A stretch of 64,000 bases of DNA from Macrostomum lignano. Taxonomy: Eukaryota. Every line of letters starts with the position of its first letter. Position 1 is the first letter of the stretch. The translations under genes were made by a program, and so were the position numbers. The DNA lies in assembly GCA_002269645.1 (NCBI GenBank), contig NIVC01000882.1:1-64000 (forward strand), read 5' to 3'. The notes beneath the pieces were generated by a model, which was given only the letters and a program-made list of their open reading frames with translations, made no database searches and was not told where the DNA came from. This document shows positions 39,074-50,964 of this stretch, piece by piece.

Positions 39074-42000
39074 ATGTCGTCCAAGGACAAAGACCGCAAA
39101 GGTGGCAGCGGCGGCAGCACCAAGGATAGCAAGAAGGGCGGCAAGCTGAGCCATCTGTTTCGCGGCGGCACCCCGAAACCCGACGCTATTGAAGACCAGC
39201 GGCCGCCAGCCAGCGATCATGTTGACGCCCCCGCTCCGCCTAGCGCCTCGGCCAACGCCTCCTCAAACTCCAAAGTGGAATTCTCCAAAGAAGAGCTTGA
39301 GCAAGGCGTCTCCGAGATGGTTAAAGACTTAAACCTGGACGCTAAATCGTTTCTAAACAAAGACAAAGGCGCCCTGGCTATTATGCTGCAGAACTACCGA
39401 GAGTACAAGCAGTCCAAAGGCGACTCCGGGCCCTATGCTGGCATTGTAAAGAAGCTCAGTAAACCCGACAGCCTGTCGCTGGAAGAGCTTGAAAAGAATG
39501 TCAGCCAACTGCGCGTCATGCTTGGCACGCTAACCATCACTGACATTAAAGGCTTTGCCGAGTGCAGCGGCCTGCAGACTCTCATGGCCGTGTTAGAATC
39601 CTGCATTAAGGGTATTGTTCATAGTAGCGAGGCTGGCAAACTGCCAACCTACGATGGTAAAACTAGTCCAGCAAGTCCTTGGTACAAGGTGTGCTACAAT
39701 ACCCTGCTGTGCGTTAGGAAGTTTTGCGACAATAGTTTCGGCATGACGCATCTGCTGCGGCATCCCAAGGTGAGTTGGGCTGGGAGACGATTGAGGCAGT
39801 GTACAAAGGGATTCGGGATTAAGCTGCGGTGAGGATCAGGATGGAAGATGGGACAGGCTGGTGGAATGGGGGATTAAATAGGAAGGGTGAAGGACTAGAT
39901 AGGGAGAGAGGGATGCCGGGATGTTGGTTGGATAGGAGATTAAAGATCGGGGGAAGCATGATTAGATAGGAAGAATACATGATTAGTGAGGATACATTAT
40001 TAGATATGAAGGATAAATGACTAGATAGGACGATACTTGACTAGATAGAGAGGATACATGAGTAGATAAGGAAGATACATGACTAGATAGAGAGGATACA
40101 TGAGTAGATAAGGAAGATACATGACTAGATAGAGAGGATACATGAGTAGATAAGGAAGATACATGACTAGATAGAGAGGATACATGAGTATATAGGGAAG
40201 ATACATGACTAGATAGAGAGGATACAGGAGTATATAGGGAAGATACATGACTAGATAGAGAGGATACAGGAGTATATAGGGAAGATACATGACTAGATAG
40301 AGAGGATACAGGAGTATATAGGGAAGATACATGACTAGATAGAGAGGATACATGAGTATATAGGGAAGATACATGACTAGATAGAGAGGATACATCAGTA
40401 TATAGGGAAGATACATGACTAGATAGAGAGGATACATGAGTATATAGGGAAGATACATGACTAGATAGAGAGGATACATGAGTATATAGGGAAGATACAT
40501 GACTAGATAGAGAGGATACATGAGTATATAGGGAAGATACATGACTAGATAGAGAGGATACATGAGTAGATAAGAAAGATACATGACTAGATAGAGAGGA
40601 TACATGAGTATATAGGGAAGATACATGACTAGATAGAGAGGATACGTGACTAGATAGAGAGGATACATGACTAGATAGAGAGGATACATGAGTAGATAGA
40701 GAGGATACGTGACTAGATAGAGAGGATACATGACTAGATAGAGAGGATACGTGACTAGATAGAGAGGATACATGACTAGATAGAGAGGATACATGACTAG
40801 ATAGAGAGGATACATGACTAGATAGAGAGGATACATGAGTAGATAGAGAGGATACATGACTAGATAGAGAGGATACATGACTAGATAGAGAGGATACGTG
40901 ACTAGATAGAGAGGATACATGACTAGATAGAGAGGATACATGACTAGATAGAGAGGATACATGACTAGATAGAGAGGATACATGACTAGATAGAGAGGAT
41001 ACGTGACTAGATAGAGAGGATACATGACTAGATAGAGAGGATACATGACTAGATAGAGAGGATACATGACTAGATAGAGAGGATACATGACTAGATAGAG
41101 AGGATACGTGACTAGATAGAGAGGATACATGACTAGATAGAGAGGATGCATGACTAGATAGAGAGGATACATGAGTAGATAGAGATGATACATGAGTAGA
41201 TAGAGAGGATACATGAGTAGATAGGGAAGATAAATGACTGGATAGAGAGAATACACGACTGGATACAGTTGATACATGAGTAGATAGGGAAGATACGACT
41301 AGATAGGATACATGACTGGGTAGGGAGGATGCATGATTAGATGTTGAGGATATATGATTAGTGAGGATAGATGACTAGATATGGCTTGAATAATTTAATT
41401 CGCAGTAATTTGGGTCTTTGAATGTAAAATAACAAACATAATGTCTGACATTTAAAACTCTGTTGGTGGTGGTCGGATGTTGGTGGAGAAGCCCAATCCA
41501 GTAAAAAAAGGTTGTTTTGAGTAATAAAGAAGTTAATGGGATTGCTAGGATAGCTGTTTAGTTAGGAAAGAAAATGAATTAGACGGTAGACGTCACGGTG
41601 ATTATGGTTCACTTCGCCAACCTTGCTCAAGGTCGTGTCCACCATAGTGGAGTCGCTCAACATCGTGCCCTTCCTGGCGCCGAACGAGTACGCTGTTGGC
41701 AGCTGCATATTCGAAATCATGTCGTCATTTCTATTCTATTACAAGTCTAAAACACAGGAGCTTGAAAGAAACAAGGTGGAGAATGTTAACACCATAGTAT
41801 TGCGAGCTTTCAGCACTTCCCGGAATCTGCAGGCCGATAGCAGCAACAGGTTCTTTCCAATCAAGAATACCCTGGATAAAACCTGTTCGCTGCTTAACCG
41901 GCCTGAATTAGGCGACGAATTGCGAGTGAAAGTGTACGAATTGACCCGCGATTGCCTGCTGTTTATTAACACGCTGATTGACAGCTGCGACGATGTCGAC

Positions 42001-45000
42001 CATCGAATGGCTGTACGAACCGAACTGTGGTCTCTGGTGCTCAAGGACCGCTGGAAGGTGCTTGAGAGCACACTGTCAAAGGCGCCAGATGGATCCTGCC
42101 GCACCCAGTTCGACATCTTTCAGGACAAGGGCGACCAAGTAAGTTTTGTTGCTTGAATGTACTTTTTGGGCAGACCTTCTCTGCCACCGCTGCCCCAGAC
42201 CTCTGCCACCGCTGCCCCAGACCTCTGCCACCGCTGCCCCAGACCTTCTCTGCCACCGCTGCCCCAGTTCTTCTCTGCCACCGCTGCCCCAGTTCTTCTC
42301 TGCCACAGCTGCCCCAGTTCTTCTCTGCCACAGCTGCCCCAGTTCTTCTCTGCCACCGCTGCCCCAGTTCTTCTCTGCCACAGCTGCCCCAGTTCTTCTC
42401 TGCCACAGCTGCCCCAGTTCTTCTCTGCCACAGCTGCCCCAGTTCTTCTCTGCCACCGCTGCCCCAGACCTTCTCTGCCACCGCTGCCCCAGTTCTTCTC
42501 TGCCACCGCTGCCCCAGACCTTCTCTGCCACCGCTGCCCCAGTTCTTCTCTGCCACAGCTGCCCCAGTTCTTCTCTGCCACCGCTGCCCCAGACCTCTGC
42601 CACCGCTGCCCCAGACCTCTGCCACCGCTGCCCCAGTGGTCACCCCTGCCCCAGTGGTCACCCCTGCCCCAGTGGTCACCCCTGCCCCAGTCCTTCAGTG
42701 GTCACATTTAAAGGTAAATCGTGCGCTGTAATGGTGATGCCATTCGATTAGCATAGTATGCTTTGATTATGGTTATTCAGAATTGGTTTCATTACAATTT
42801 TATTGTGGAGATTCTATTTAGTAGTAAATGTCAAACCTAAGCTATATTCAGGTAATCGATAGTCTTATCAATATTTAGCATTCCTAGGCTAAGTGCAGTA
42901 TAATTCTATAAATATAGAACTTGTAGGCTATATTAAAGCTATAAAAAATACGCACAGCGCCTGCTTTCATTATCGCTTGTATCCGATATACATCAGACTT
43001 TTTTGTGTAGCATATTTGAATATTTACTGACTAGTGCTATTCTGTTAGTTAGGGTAATGCGTCTGTAATAGCATAGCAACAGCGATTAATTATGCTAGGC
43101 TGTTTATCTTCTCTAGTTTGTCTTATTTCCATCCGTAGCCCCAGTCAGCTTTTGATACCCAGCCCTAAATAGCTATGCTAATAATTTCATGATTAATTAA
43201 TTAATTAATATGTCAGGATGCCTCGGAGATCAGCGAACGTTTCGACGGCTGCCTGTCAAACACGGAGATGAACGATCCCAGATTCTGTTTCGATTTGCTC
43301 TGGCGCTCGCTTGAGGGCACCGAAGCTGATTGGTTTTTTAAAAGTATTCTCCAACACCTGCTCTACGTGCCGTTCAACAATTATCAGAAAGACTATTTCA
43401 AGCTGTTTGAGGAGTTGATATCGCAGCTGGTGTTGACTAAGGATGGCACTTATCCAGACTTCAGGTGCGTCCTTTGGGGAGTGCAGCAGCTTCTGCAGTG
43501 TACAGTGGGAGTGCAGTAGCTTATGCAGTGTACAGTGGGAGTGCAGTAGCTTATGCAGTGTACAGTGGGAGTGCAGCAGCTTCTGCAGTGTACAGTGGGA
43601 GTGCAGTAGCTTATGCAGTGTACAGTGGGAGTGCAGTAGCTTATGCAGTGTACAGGGGGAGTGCAGTAGCTTCTGCAGTGTACAGGGGGAGTGCAGTAGC
43701 TTATGCAGTGTACAGTGGGAGTGCAGTAGCTTATGCAGTGCACAGGGGGTGTGCAGTAGCTTCTGCAGTGTACAGGGGGAGTGCAGTAGCTTATGCAGTG
43801 TACAGTGGGAGTGCAGTAGCTTATGCAGTGCACAGGGGGTGTGCAGTAGCTTCTGCAGTGTACAGGGGGAGTGCAGCAGCTTCTGCAGTGTACAGTGGGA
43901 GTGCAGTAGCTTATGCAGTGTACAGTGGGAGTGCAGTAGCTTCTGCAGTGTACAGGGGGAGTGCAGCAGCTTCCGCAGTGTACAGTGGGAGTGCAGTAGC
44001 TTCTGCAGTGTACAGGGGGAGTGCAGTAGCTTCTGCAGTGTACAGGGTGAGTGCAGTAGCTTCCGCAGTGTACAGGGGGAGTGCAGTAGCTTCTGCAGTG
44101 TACAGGGGGAGTGCAGCAGCTTCTGCAGTGTACAGTGGGAGTGCAGCAGCTTCTGCAGTGGGCAGGGGGAGTGCAGTAGCTTGTAACTTCTGCAGTGTAC
44201 AGTGGGAGTGCAGCAGCTTCCGCAGTGTACAGTGGAAGTGCAGTAGCTTCTGCAGTGTTCAGAGGGAGTGCAGTAGCTTCCGCAGTGTACAGGGGGAGTG
44301 CAGTAGCTTCTGCAGTGTACAGGGGGAGTGCAGCAGCTTCTGCAGTGTACAGTGGGAGTGCAGCAGCTTCTGCAGTGGGCAGGGGGAGTGCAGTAGCTTG
44401 TAACTTCTGCAGTGTACAGTGGGAGTGCAGTAGCTTCTGCAGTGTACAGTGGAAGTGCAGCAGCTTCCGCAGTGTACAGGGGGAGTGCAGTAGCTTCCGC
44501 AGTGTACAGGGGGAGTGCAGTAGCTTCTGCAGTGTACAGGGGAGTGCAGTAGCTTCTGCAGTGTTCAGGGGAGTGCAGTAGCTTCTGCAGTGTTCAGGGG
44601 AGTGCAGCAGCTTCTGCAGTGTACAGGGGGAGTGCAGTAGCTTCTGCAGTTTTCAGGGGAGTGCAGTAGCTTCTGTAGTGGGCAGGGGGAGTGCAGTAGC
44701 TTCTGTAGTGAGCAGGGGTAGTGCAGTGGCTTATGCAGTGTACAGTGGGAGTGCAGCAGCTTCTGCAGTGGAACAGGGGAAGTGCAGTAGCTTCTGCAGT
44801 GTACAGGGGAGTGCAGTAGCTTGTAACTTCTGCAGTGTACAGTGGGAGTGCAGTAGCTTCTGCAGTGTACAGGGGGGTGCAGTAGCTTATGCAGTGTACA
44901 GGGTGAGTGCAGTAGCTTCTGCAGTGTACAGGGGGGTGCAGTAGCTTATGCAGTGTACAGGGTGAGTGCAGTAGCTTCTGCAGTGTACAGGGTGAGTGCA

Positions 45001-48000
45001 GTAGCTTCTGCAGTGTACAGGGGGGAGTGCATAGACAGGGGAGTGCAGTCGACAAGCCAAATATTCTGCATACTGAATCTACGAACTCCCTTATTGCCAC
45101 TGATCTCAGGTCGCGAGATTTGCGCACTTTTTTCGACTTCGACGCGATCAAGAGGGAGATGGTTACCATGGAGGAGCAGGAGCGGGAGCGGCTGCAGGCC
45201 AAGCTGCAAGAGAAAATCAAGCTGGAAGAATGCGATCGGGAGGCCACTCTGCAGGCTCTACGTGACAAGGCCGCAAATTTGGAGGCGCAACTTGAAGAGG
45301 CCCGCAGCCGCCTGCGCGAAATTCAAGCTGGCGCCGCCGCTACAGGCACCGGTGCAACTGGGACTGCTGTACCTCCGCCGCCTCCGGGACCGCCTCCGCC
45401 CCCGCCTGGTGGCGCTCCGCCTCCGCCACCACCGCCTCCGCCGCCTCCTCCGCCGCCGCCACCACCACCTGGCGGCGGCCCGCCACCTGCGCCTCCGCCC
45501 CCGCCACCTCCCGGCGGTGGTCCGCCACCTGCGCCTCCGCCGCCGCCACCTCCCGGCGGTGGCCCACCACCCCGCCGCCGCCTCCGCCTCCGCCTGGCGT
45601 CCCAGGCGCTCCACCGCCGCCTCCGCCGCCCGGCGGCCTGGCCGGCTTCCTTGGCTTTAACAAGCCGCCAGCCCTGCCGCACGGTCTCAAAAGCAAGCCG
45701 GACTATCAGCTGGCTAATCCGACTAAGCGGCTTAACTGGCAGGCGGTGAATCCTAGAGAATTGAGCAAGGATTCTATCTGGGTTCAGATTGGCAACGCTG
45801 AGCAGGAGTTCAGCGATCCCCAGCTGGTTAGCCAACTTGGCGAGCTCTTCTCCACGAAGCCGCCGCCGAAGAAGCTAGCAGCTGGCGACGATGGCGGCGC
45901 TGGAGGCGGCAGCGGCGCAGGTGGTGGCGGCAAGTCTAACAACAAGAAGACCAAAGAGTGCCGCGTACTCGACCCGAAATCTGCCCAAAACCTGGCCATC
46001 ACGCTCGGCTCGCTGCGCCTGTCATTCGAAGAGATCAAGCGTCGTATTGTTGAATGCGACGAGGAGCGATTGTCGCTTGGCCAGGTTGAGCTGTTGCTCA
46101 AATCCCTGCCAGAGCCGAGCGATATGAAAAAGATCTCGGCTCTGAAAGTTGAATACGACGATCTGGCCGAGCCGGAACAGTTTCTGCACTGCCTGGCCGA
46201 GGTGAAGAATGCCAGAAATCGGCTGGAGAGTTTGCAATTCAAATTGCAATTTTCTGACCAGTTGGAGGAAGTCAAGCCAAGCTTTATGGCCGTCACCGAC
46301 TGTTTGAAGGTTAATTGATTCTTAAATGAAATTATGTGCTTACGCTCGGTCGCGACATTTAATTATGCTATAAGAAAACTATTAGCTCGAAATAGTCACG
46401 TTGCATGCCACCCCAACTAAACGCAGACCGCACGCCCCAGACCAGCCACCCACCCCAACTGAACGCCATAAAACCCCCGCACAGCCACCCACCACCCTAA
46501 CTAAACGTCATACCCCTCCTCACAGAGCCACCCAACCCAACTGAACGCCATAAACCACCCCCACCCCAACTGAACGCCATAAAACCCCCACAGAGCCACC
46601 CACCCCAACTGAACGCCATAAAACCCCACAGAGCCACCCACCCCAACTGAACGCCATAAAACCCCCACATAACCACCCACCCCAACTGAACGCCATAAAC
46701 CCCCCCACACAGCCACCCACCCCAACTGAACGCCATAAAACCCCCACAGAGCCACCCACCCCAACTGAACGCCATAAACCCCCCCCCAACAGACAGCCAC
46801 CCCAAACGGGTCCATGAGAATTGCCCGCAGACGAATTGCCCGCCGAGCTTTTCCCGCTGATATTTGCCCGCAGTGCATTTTGCCTGTGAGCGAATTGCCC
46901 GTGGAGATTTGCCCGCCGAGGTTTGCCCGCAATGCTTTTTCCCTGCAGCGCATTTGGCAGCTATAAGATTCTGTCTGCATTGCCCCCCCCTCCCCAAAAA
47001 ATGCTTTTGATATGCAGTTACTATCAAAACGTTTGAACATGTAAATCTCTTTATTAATACTACTAAGCATTGGGGAGGCAATCCAGACAAAATCTGCTGC
47101 ATGGCCAAGTGCGCTGTAGGAAAAAAGCATTGCGGGCAAACCTCGGCGGGCTGCTGGCCGAGTCGGTTTGGTCTGCTGGCCTCATTCGAGCTCCATTCTG
47201 GAGCTTAAGTTCACATCCCCTTTTATGACACACAATTTTCAGGTGATCCGCACTAGCCAACGCTTCAAGCAGGTCATTCTGGCTATTCTCACCTTCGGCA
47301 ATATAATGAATGCGGGCTCGCGCAATCAAAAGAGTCTGGGTTTCGACATCACATTTCTCACTAAGCTGACTGGCACCAAAGACACGGAAAACAAGCGAAC
47401 ACTGATGAATGTTCTAGTTGAAACTTTAGAAAGCAAATCGCCTGACGTATTGAATTTTCCCGAAGATTTCGAACTGCTGGATCAGGCGGCTCGCGTCACC
47501 GAGGAGAGCCTGGACGAACAGCTGCGGGACATTGTTGAAAAGTGCAAACGGCTTGGCAACGATTTGAAGAGCTTCAAACCTGTGGGACCAACCGACAGAT
47601 TCCAGGAAGCTATGGAACCCTTCCACAAGCAGGTGAAAGATCAAATAGACATTTTGCAATCATTGCAAAAGCAGATGAAGGACAGCTTTAAAGAGGTTAG
47701 CGAATACCTCACGTTTAATCCGGCTAAATATCATATGGAGGATCTTCTGGCTGATCTGAAGACCTTCAGAGATAAGTTCCAGGAGGCTAAGGTGCAAAAT
47801 GAGGAGATGAGGCGTGCTCAGGTGAGAATCTTTTTATTTTCTCATCATTTTTAAAGTAGAGAGCGGAGAGCGGCAATAGATCGATTTTCTTGAGAGAGAA
47901 TCACGTGACACAGTTATCCATGTACAGGATTTAATGTACATTAAATTTGCATTAGCCTTATGTCCAAAACAACGTGAGGCAATAAAATCGGGGGGATCAA

Positions 48001-48524
48001 GAACTGATTTGTGATATTGACCAAACATTCGCTGTTGTTTTACAAATAGTGCATAAAAATGCTAAACGCGCTACTACTTTTTCCTGTTATTAGTAGGCAA
48101 GTAACGAATATTGCCAACTTAATTCCACTGCGTTACCTATTTTCTAATCCAGGAGCGCATCGCCAAGGCCAAGGAGGAGAAGGAGCGGCGCGAGCGCGAG
48201 AAAGCCGCCAGACAGCAGCGCCAGCTGGGCGGCCCCGTCAAAGGCGGCGGCGGCCTTGGCGACGATGGCGGCGCCAGTGCCAACGAGGACGAAGGTCTGG
48301 TTGACAATCTGTTGGAGGCGTTAAAGAGCGGCAAAGCTTTCCAGACGCCGGGCCGGACGAGGGCAAAACGGACGCCGCGGCAGGGCGCCGAGAGGCGCGC
48401 CCATCTGGCGCGGGCCACTTCGCGCGGCGACCTGTCTGGAGGCGGCGTTCTGGACGCCGTTGTTAAGGAGTTGGCGTTTGATGACACCCCAGAGCAGTCG
48501 AAAGTTGCGGTTGGAGACAATTAA
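39074..48524 (+). CDS. DIAPH: Diaphanous-related formin (GBD/FH3, FH1, FH2, DAD), about 1200 aa; one 1-nt deletion in FH1
   Basis: Exons 39074-39769, 41632-42138, 43217-43464, 45110-46309 (1 nt short, C-run near 45570), 47243-47821, 48153-48524. FH3 FKSILQHLL..YFKLFEELISQLVL..DGTYPDF; poly-Pro FH1; FH2 KRLNW..DPKSAQNLAITL..FGNIMNAGSRNQKSLGFDITFLTKL; DAD DEGLVDNLLEALKSGKAF followed by a basic tail. Confidence 0.93.
39955..41380. repeat. 21-bp minisatellite (GACTAGATAGAGAGGATACAT) with a 42-bp dimeric block, formin intron 1
   Basis: The two 21-bp variants alternate at about 40050-40640 and are mostly monomeric afterwards. Confidence 0.95.
42170..42690. repeat. 22-27-bp minisatellite (CTCTGCCACCGCTGCCCCAGTTCTT), formin intron 2
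   Basis: Visible tandem units. Confidence 0.93.
43470..45030. repeat. 30-bp minisatellite (GGGAGTGCAGTAGCTTCTGCAGTGTACAGT), formin intron 3
   Basis: Starts within about 10 nt of the donor and fills almost the whole intron. Confidence 0.95.
46405..46805. repeat. About 39-40-bp minisatellite (CCACCCCAACTGAACGCCATAAAACCCCCACAGAGCCAC), formin intron 4
   Basis: Visible tandem units. Confidence 0.9.
46911..47151. repeat. About 48-bp inverted repeat in formin intron 4
   Basis: GCCCGCCGAGGTTTGCCCGCAATGCTTTTTCCCTGCAGCGCATTTGGC (46911-46958) vs GCCAAGTGCGCTGTAGGAAAAAAGCATTGCGGGCAAACCTCGGCGGGC (47103-47151). Confidence 0.8.
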
Positions 48525-48565
48525 ACTGCTTAATAGCGGGGGTTGCGCTGTCCACTGCGCCTCTG

Positions 48566-48660
48566 GCAGACAGACAGACTGACAAACAGACAGACACACA
48601 GGCAGACACACAGGCAGACAGACAGACACAGTCAGACAGACAGACAGACAGACAGACAGG
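48566..48660. repeat. (AGAC)n imperfect microsatellite in the formin 3' region
   Basis: Visible. Confidence 0.85.
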
Positions 48661-49849
48661 CACCAAGCCAACATTCGAGGGTTCTGTTGAACCCCTTTTA
48701 AAAAAATGCTGCTTATTTTTAGCTCATGCGAAAGAAATGTTTATTAATGCCCAAAGTGGCCGGCCGATCATCCCGGACTGTAAATCTGGTGTCACTTTGC
48801 TGCGCTGTTTTGCAACGAATTCATCACTGCTTCGCCTTTCAGTATTAGGGATTCAACAATTTTTGTTATAATAATAGGAATAATGAGGAATTAAGTAAAA
48901 TAATGTTTTGTTAGCCAATTTATGATGCCAATTCTACGTATTGATAATTTCTCCTCATTCAATATTTGCAATTAACTACTGATGAGTAGAAGAGTCAGGA
49001 AATCTTGTTAAATTTTGTCTGTTTTCAACAGTATGTAAAAACAATAACGATTTGTCTTTACAACTTTGCATGCCAGCATGTAGTTCAAGCTGATGTAATT
49101 AGTTTCTCCAATTAAATAATTATTTTAACTAACCAAATTTGAATAAAATGCGTATTTCTAAAAAAATAATCATTCCTTACCTAGAAAGTTAATTTGCTTT
49201 ATTTTTTATTTATTTGCTTAACGACTTCCACCAGGACTTCCATTAGGCGAAATTTCAAACCATTTATTTTAATTTTGGCATGATTTATTTTTTACTCACT
49301 TATACAAAGCGTCCCGTGCCATTAAATGCTTGATTGTCGCCTAATTTCAATATAACTACTTAGCGCTACTAATCTTCCTACTGTTAGTAGCCAAGTTGCT
49401 GATTTTTAACTGCAAATTCCGGTGTTAACGAAAAAATGTTTCGTTAAGCCAATTAATTGCGGAAGGACAAGATAAATGATTTTCAGAATTGTACACAAGC
49501 GCTCTTGTTATGTTAACCGTATATTAATTAATAACTTTACATATCTGCAATAGCTGAAAACTAATTTGCTTTAATATTTAGCGTGTTACTGTATTGCTAT
49601 TAAATTCTTACTTCACTCAACTACGTGTATCAATCAGTAAACAAATAACTATGTAGATAATTATCCAATATCAAGCACTTAAGTGCTGAAATGGAATTTA
49701 TTAAAAATTGCTGTTTTCTGAAAGTTATCTTCCTCATAAATAATTCCTGAAATTCCCTTGTCATTTCGGGGTAATCTCGGCTATTGACCGGATATCCCAT
49801 GTCTTAGAAATGGCCCAGAAATATTGGCAAATTCCATAGATGTATCTCA

Positions 49850-50405
49850 GAAATGACCTTGAGATATGGGGCAATCCAATTTCTCATAAATGAACTTGAG
49901 ATATGGGGCAATCCAATTTCTCATAAATGACCTTGAGATATGGGGAAATCCAATTTCTCATAAATGACCTTGAGATATGGGGCAATCCAATTTCTCATAA
50001 ATGAACTTGAGATATGGGGAAATCCAATTTCTCATAAATGACCTTGAGATATGGGGCAATCCAATTTCTCATAAATGAACTTGAGATATGGGGAAATCCA
50101 ATTTCTCATAAATGACCTTGAGATATGGGGAAATCCAATTTCTCATAAATGACCTTGAGATATGGGGCAATCCAATTTCTCATAAATGACCTTGAGATAT
50201 GGGGCAATCCAATTTCGCATAAATGACCTTGAGATAGGGGGAAATCCAATTTCTCATAAATGACCTTGAGATATGGGGCAATCCAATTTCGCATAAATGA
50301 CCTTGAGATATGGGGAAATCCAATTTCTCATAAATGACCTTGAGATATGGGGCAATCCAATTTCGCAAGAATGACCTTGAGATATGGGGCAATCCAATTT
50401 CGCAA
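49850..50405. repeat. 37-bp minisatellite (AAATGACCTTGAGATATGGGGCAATCCAATTTCTCAT), about 15 units
   Basis: Visible tandem units. Confidence 0.95.
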
Positions 50406-50964
50406 GAATAACCTTCTACAGAATTCTTGCACTCAGCCCACTTTGATGCATAGCCAGGATAAACGCATTGATTTTGTTGTCCAAATGTTTCAGTGATTCC
50501 AGCTGTATTTGATTCAAAATCAACACCATTCTCAGCCCTACGCTGTGTTATTCTGCTGCTCACTTTGGCCTCGAAATTCTTGATTGCTAATTTTCCGCGG
50601 AAAGAATTTCGTGTTTTGTTGTTTTGCTGGCCTTTTTGATATTCAGTGTTTTTGCTGCAAACCAAATTGTTCAATTCGTACTGTCAAGTTAATATATTAA
50701 TTTTATCTATATATAATATATAGCCTTCATAAATGTTTCATATTGCAAGGGTACTTGAATATTAAAGTAATGTCATACAACGAATCTTTTTTCGACTTTG
50801 TAGTACTGACAGTAGTTAACAACTCGCGAGGTGAGATTAGAGGTGATTATTGCTGTTTAGAATCGCATTAAATTAAAAATACATTCATTTATATAATGCA
50901 GCAATTGCAAAAAGGCACTCATTCCAAAATAATGTTTCTATAGTACGTGCGATCCTAATCTTAC

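Noticed and set aside
40021-41277. 418-aa (MYPLYLV)n ORF; likewise 15423-16093, 24880-25554, 42041-42751, 43443-44581, 46497-47139 and 59876-60899
   Set aside because: All are translations of minisatellites, mostly intronic, often open in several frames or strands, with no splice or homology support.
50410-50674. About 90 non-repetitive codons open on the minus strand (part of ORF 50180..50674)
   Set aside because: No recognisable homology, TTG start and no clear splice context. A BLASTX or RNA-seq check would be needed.
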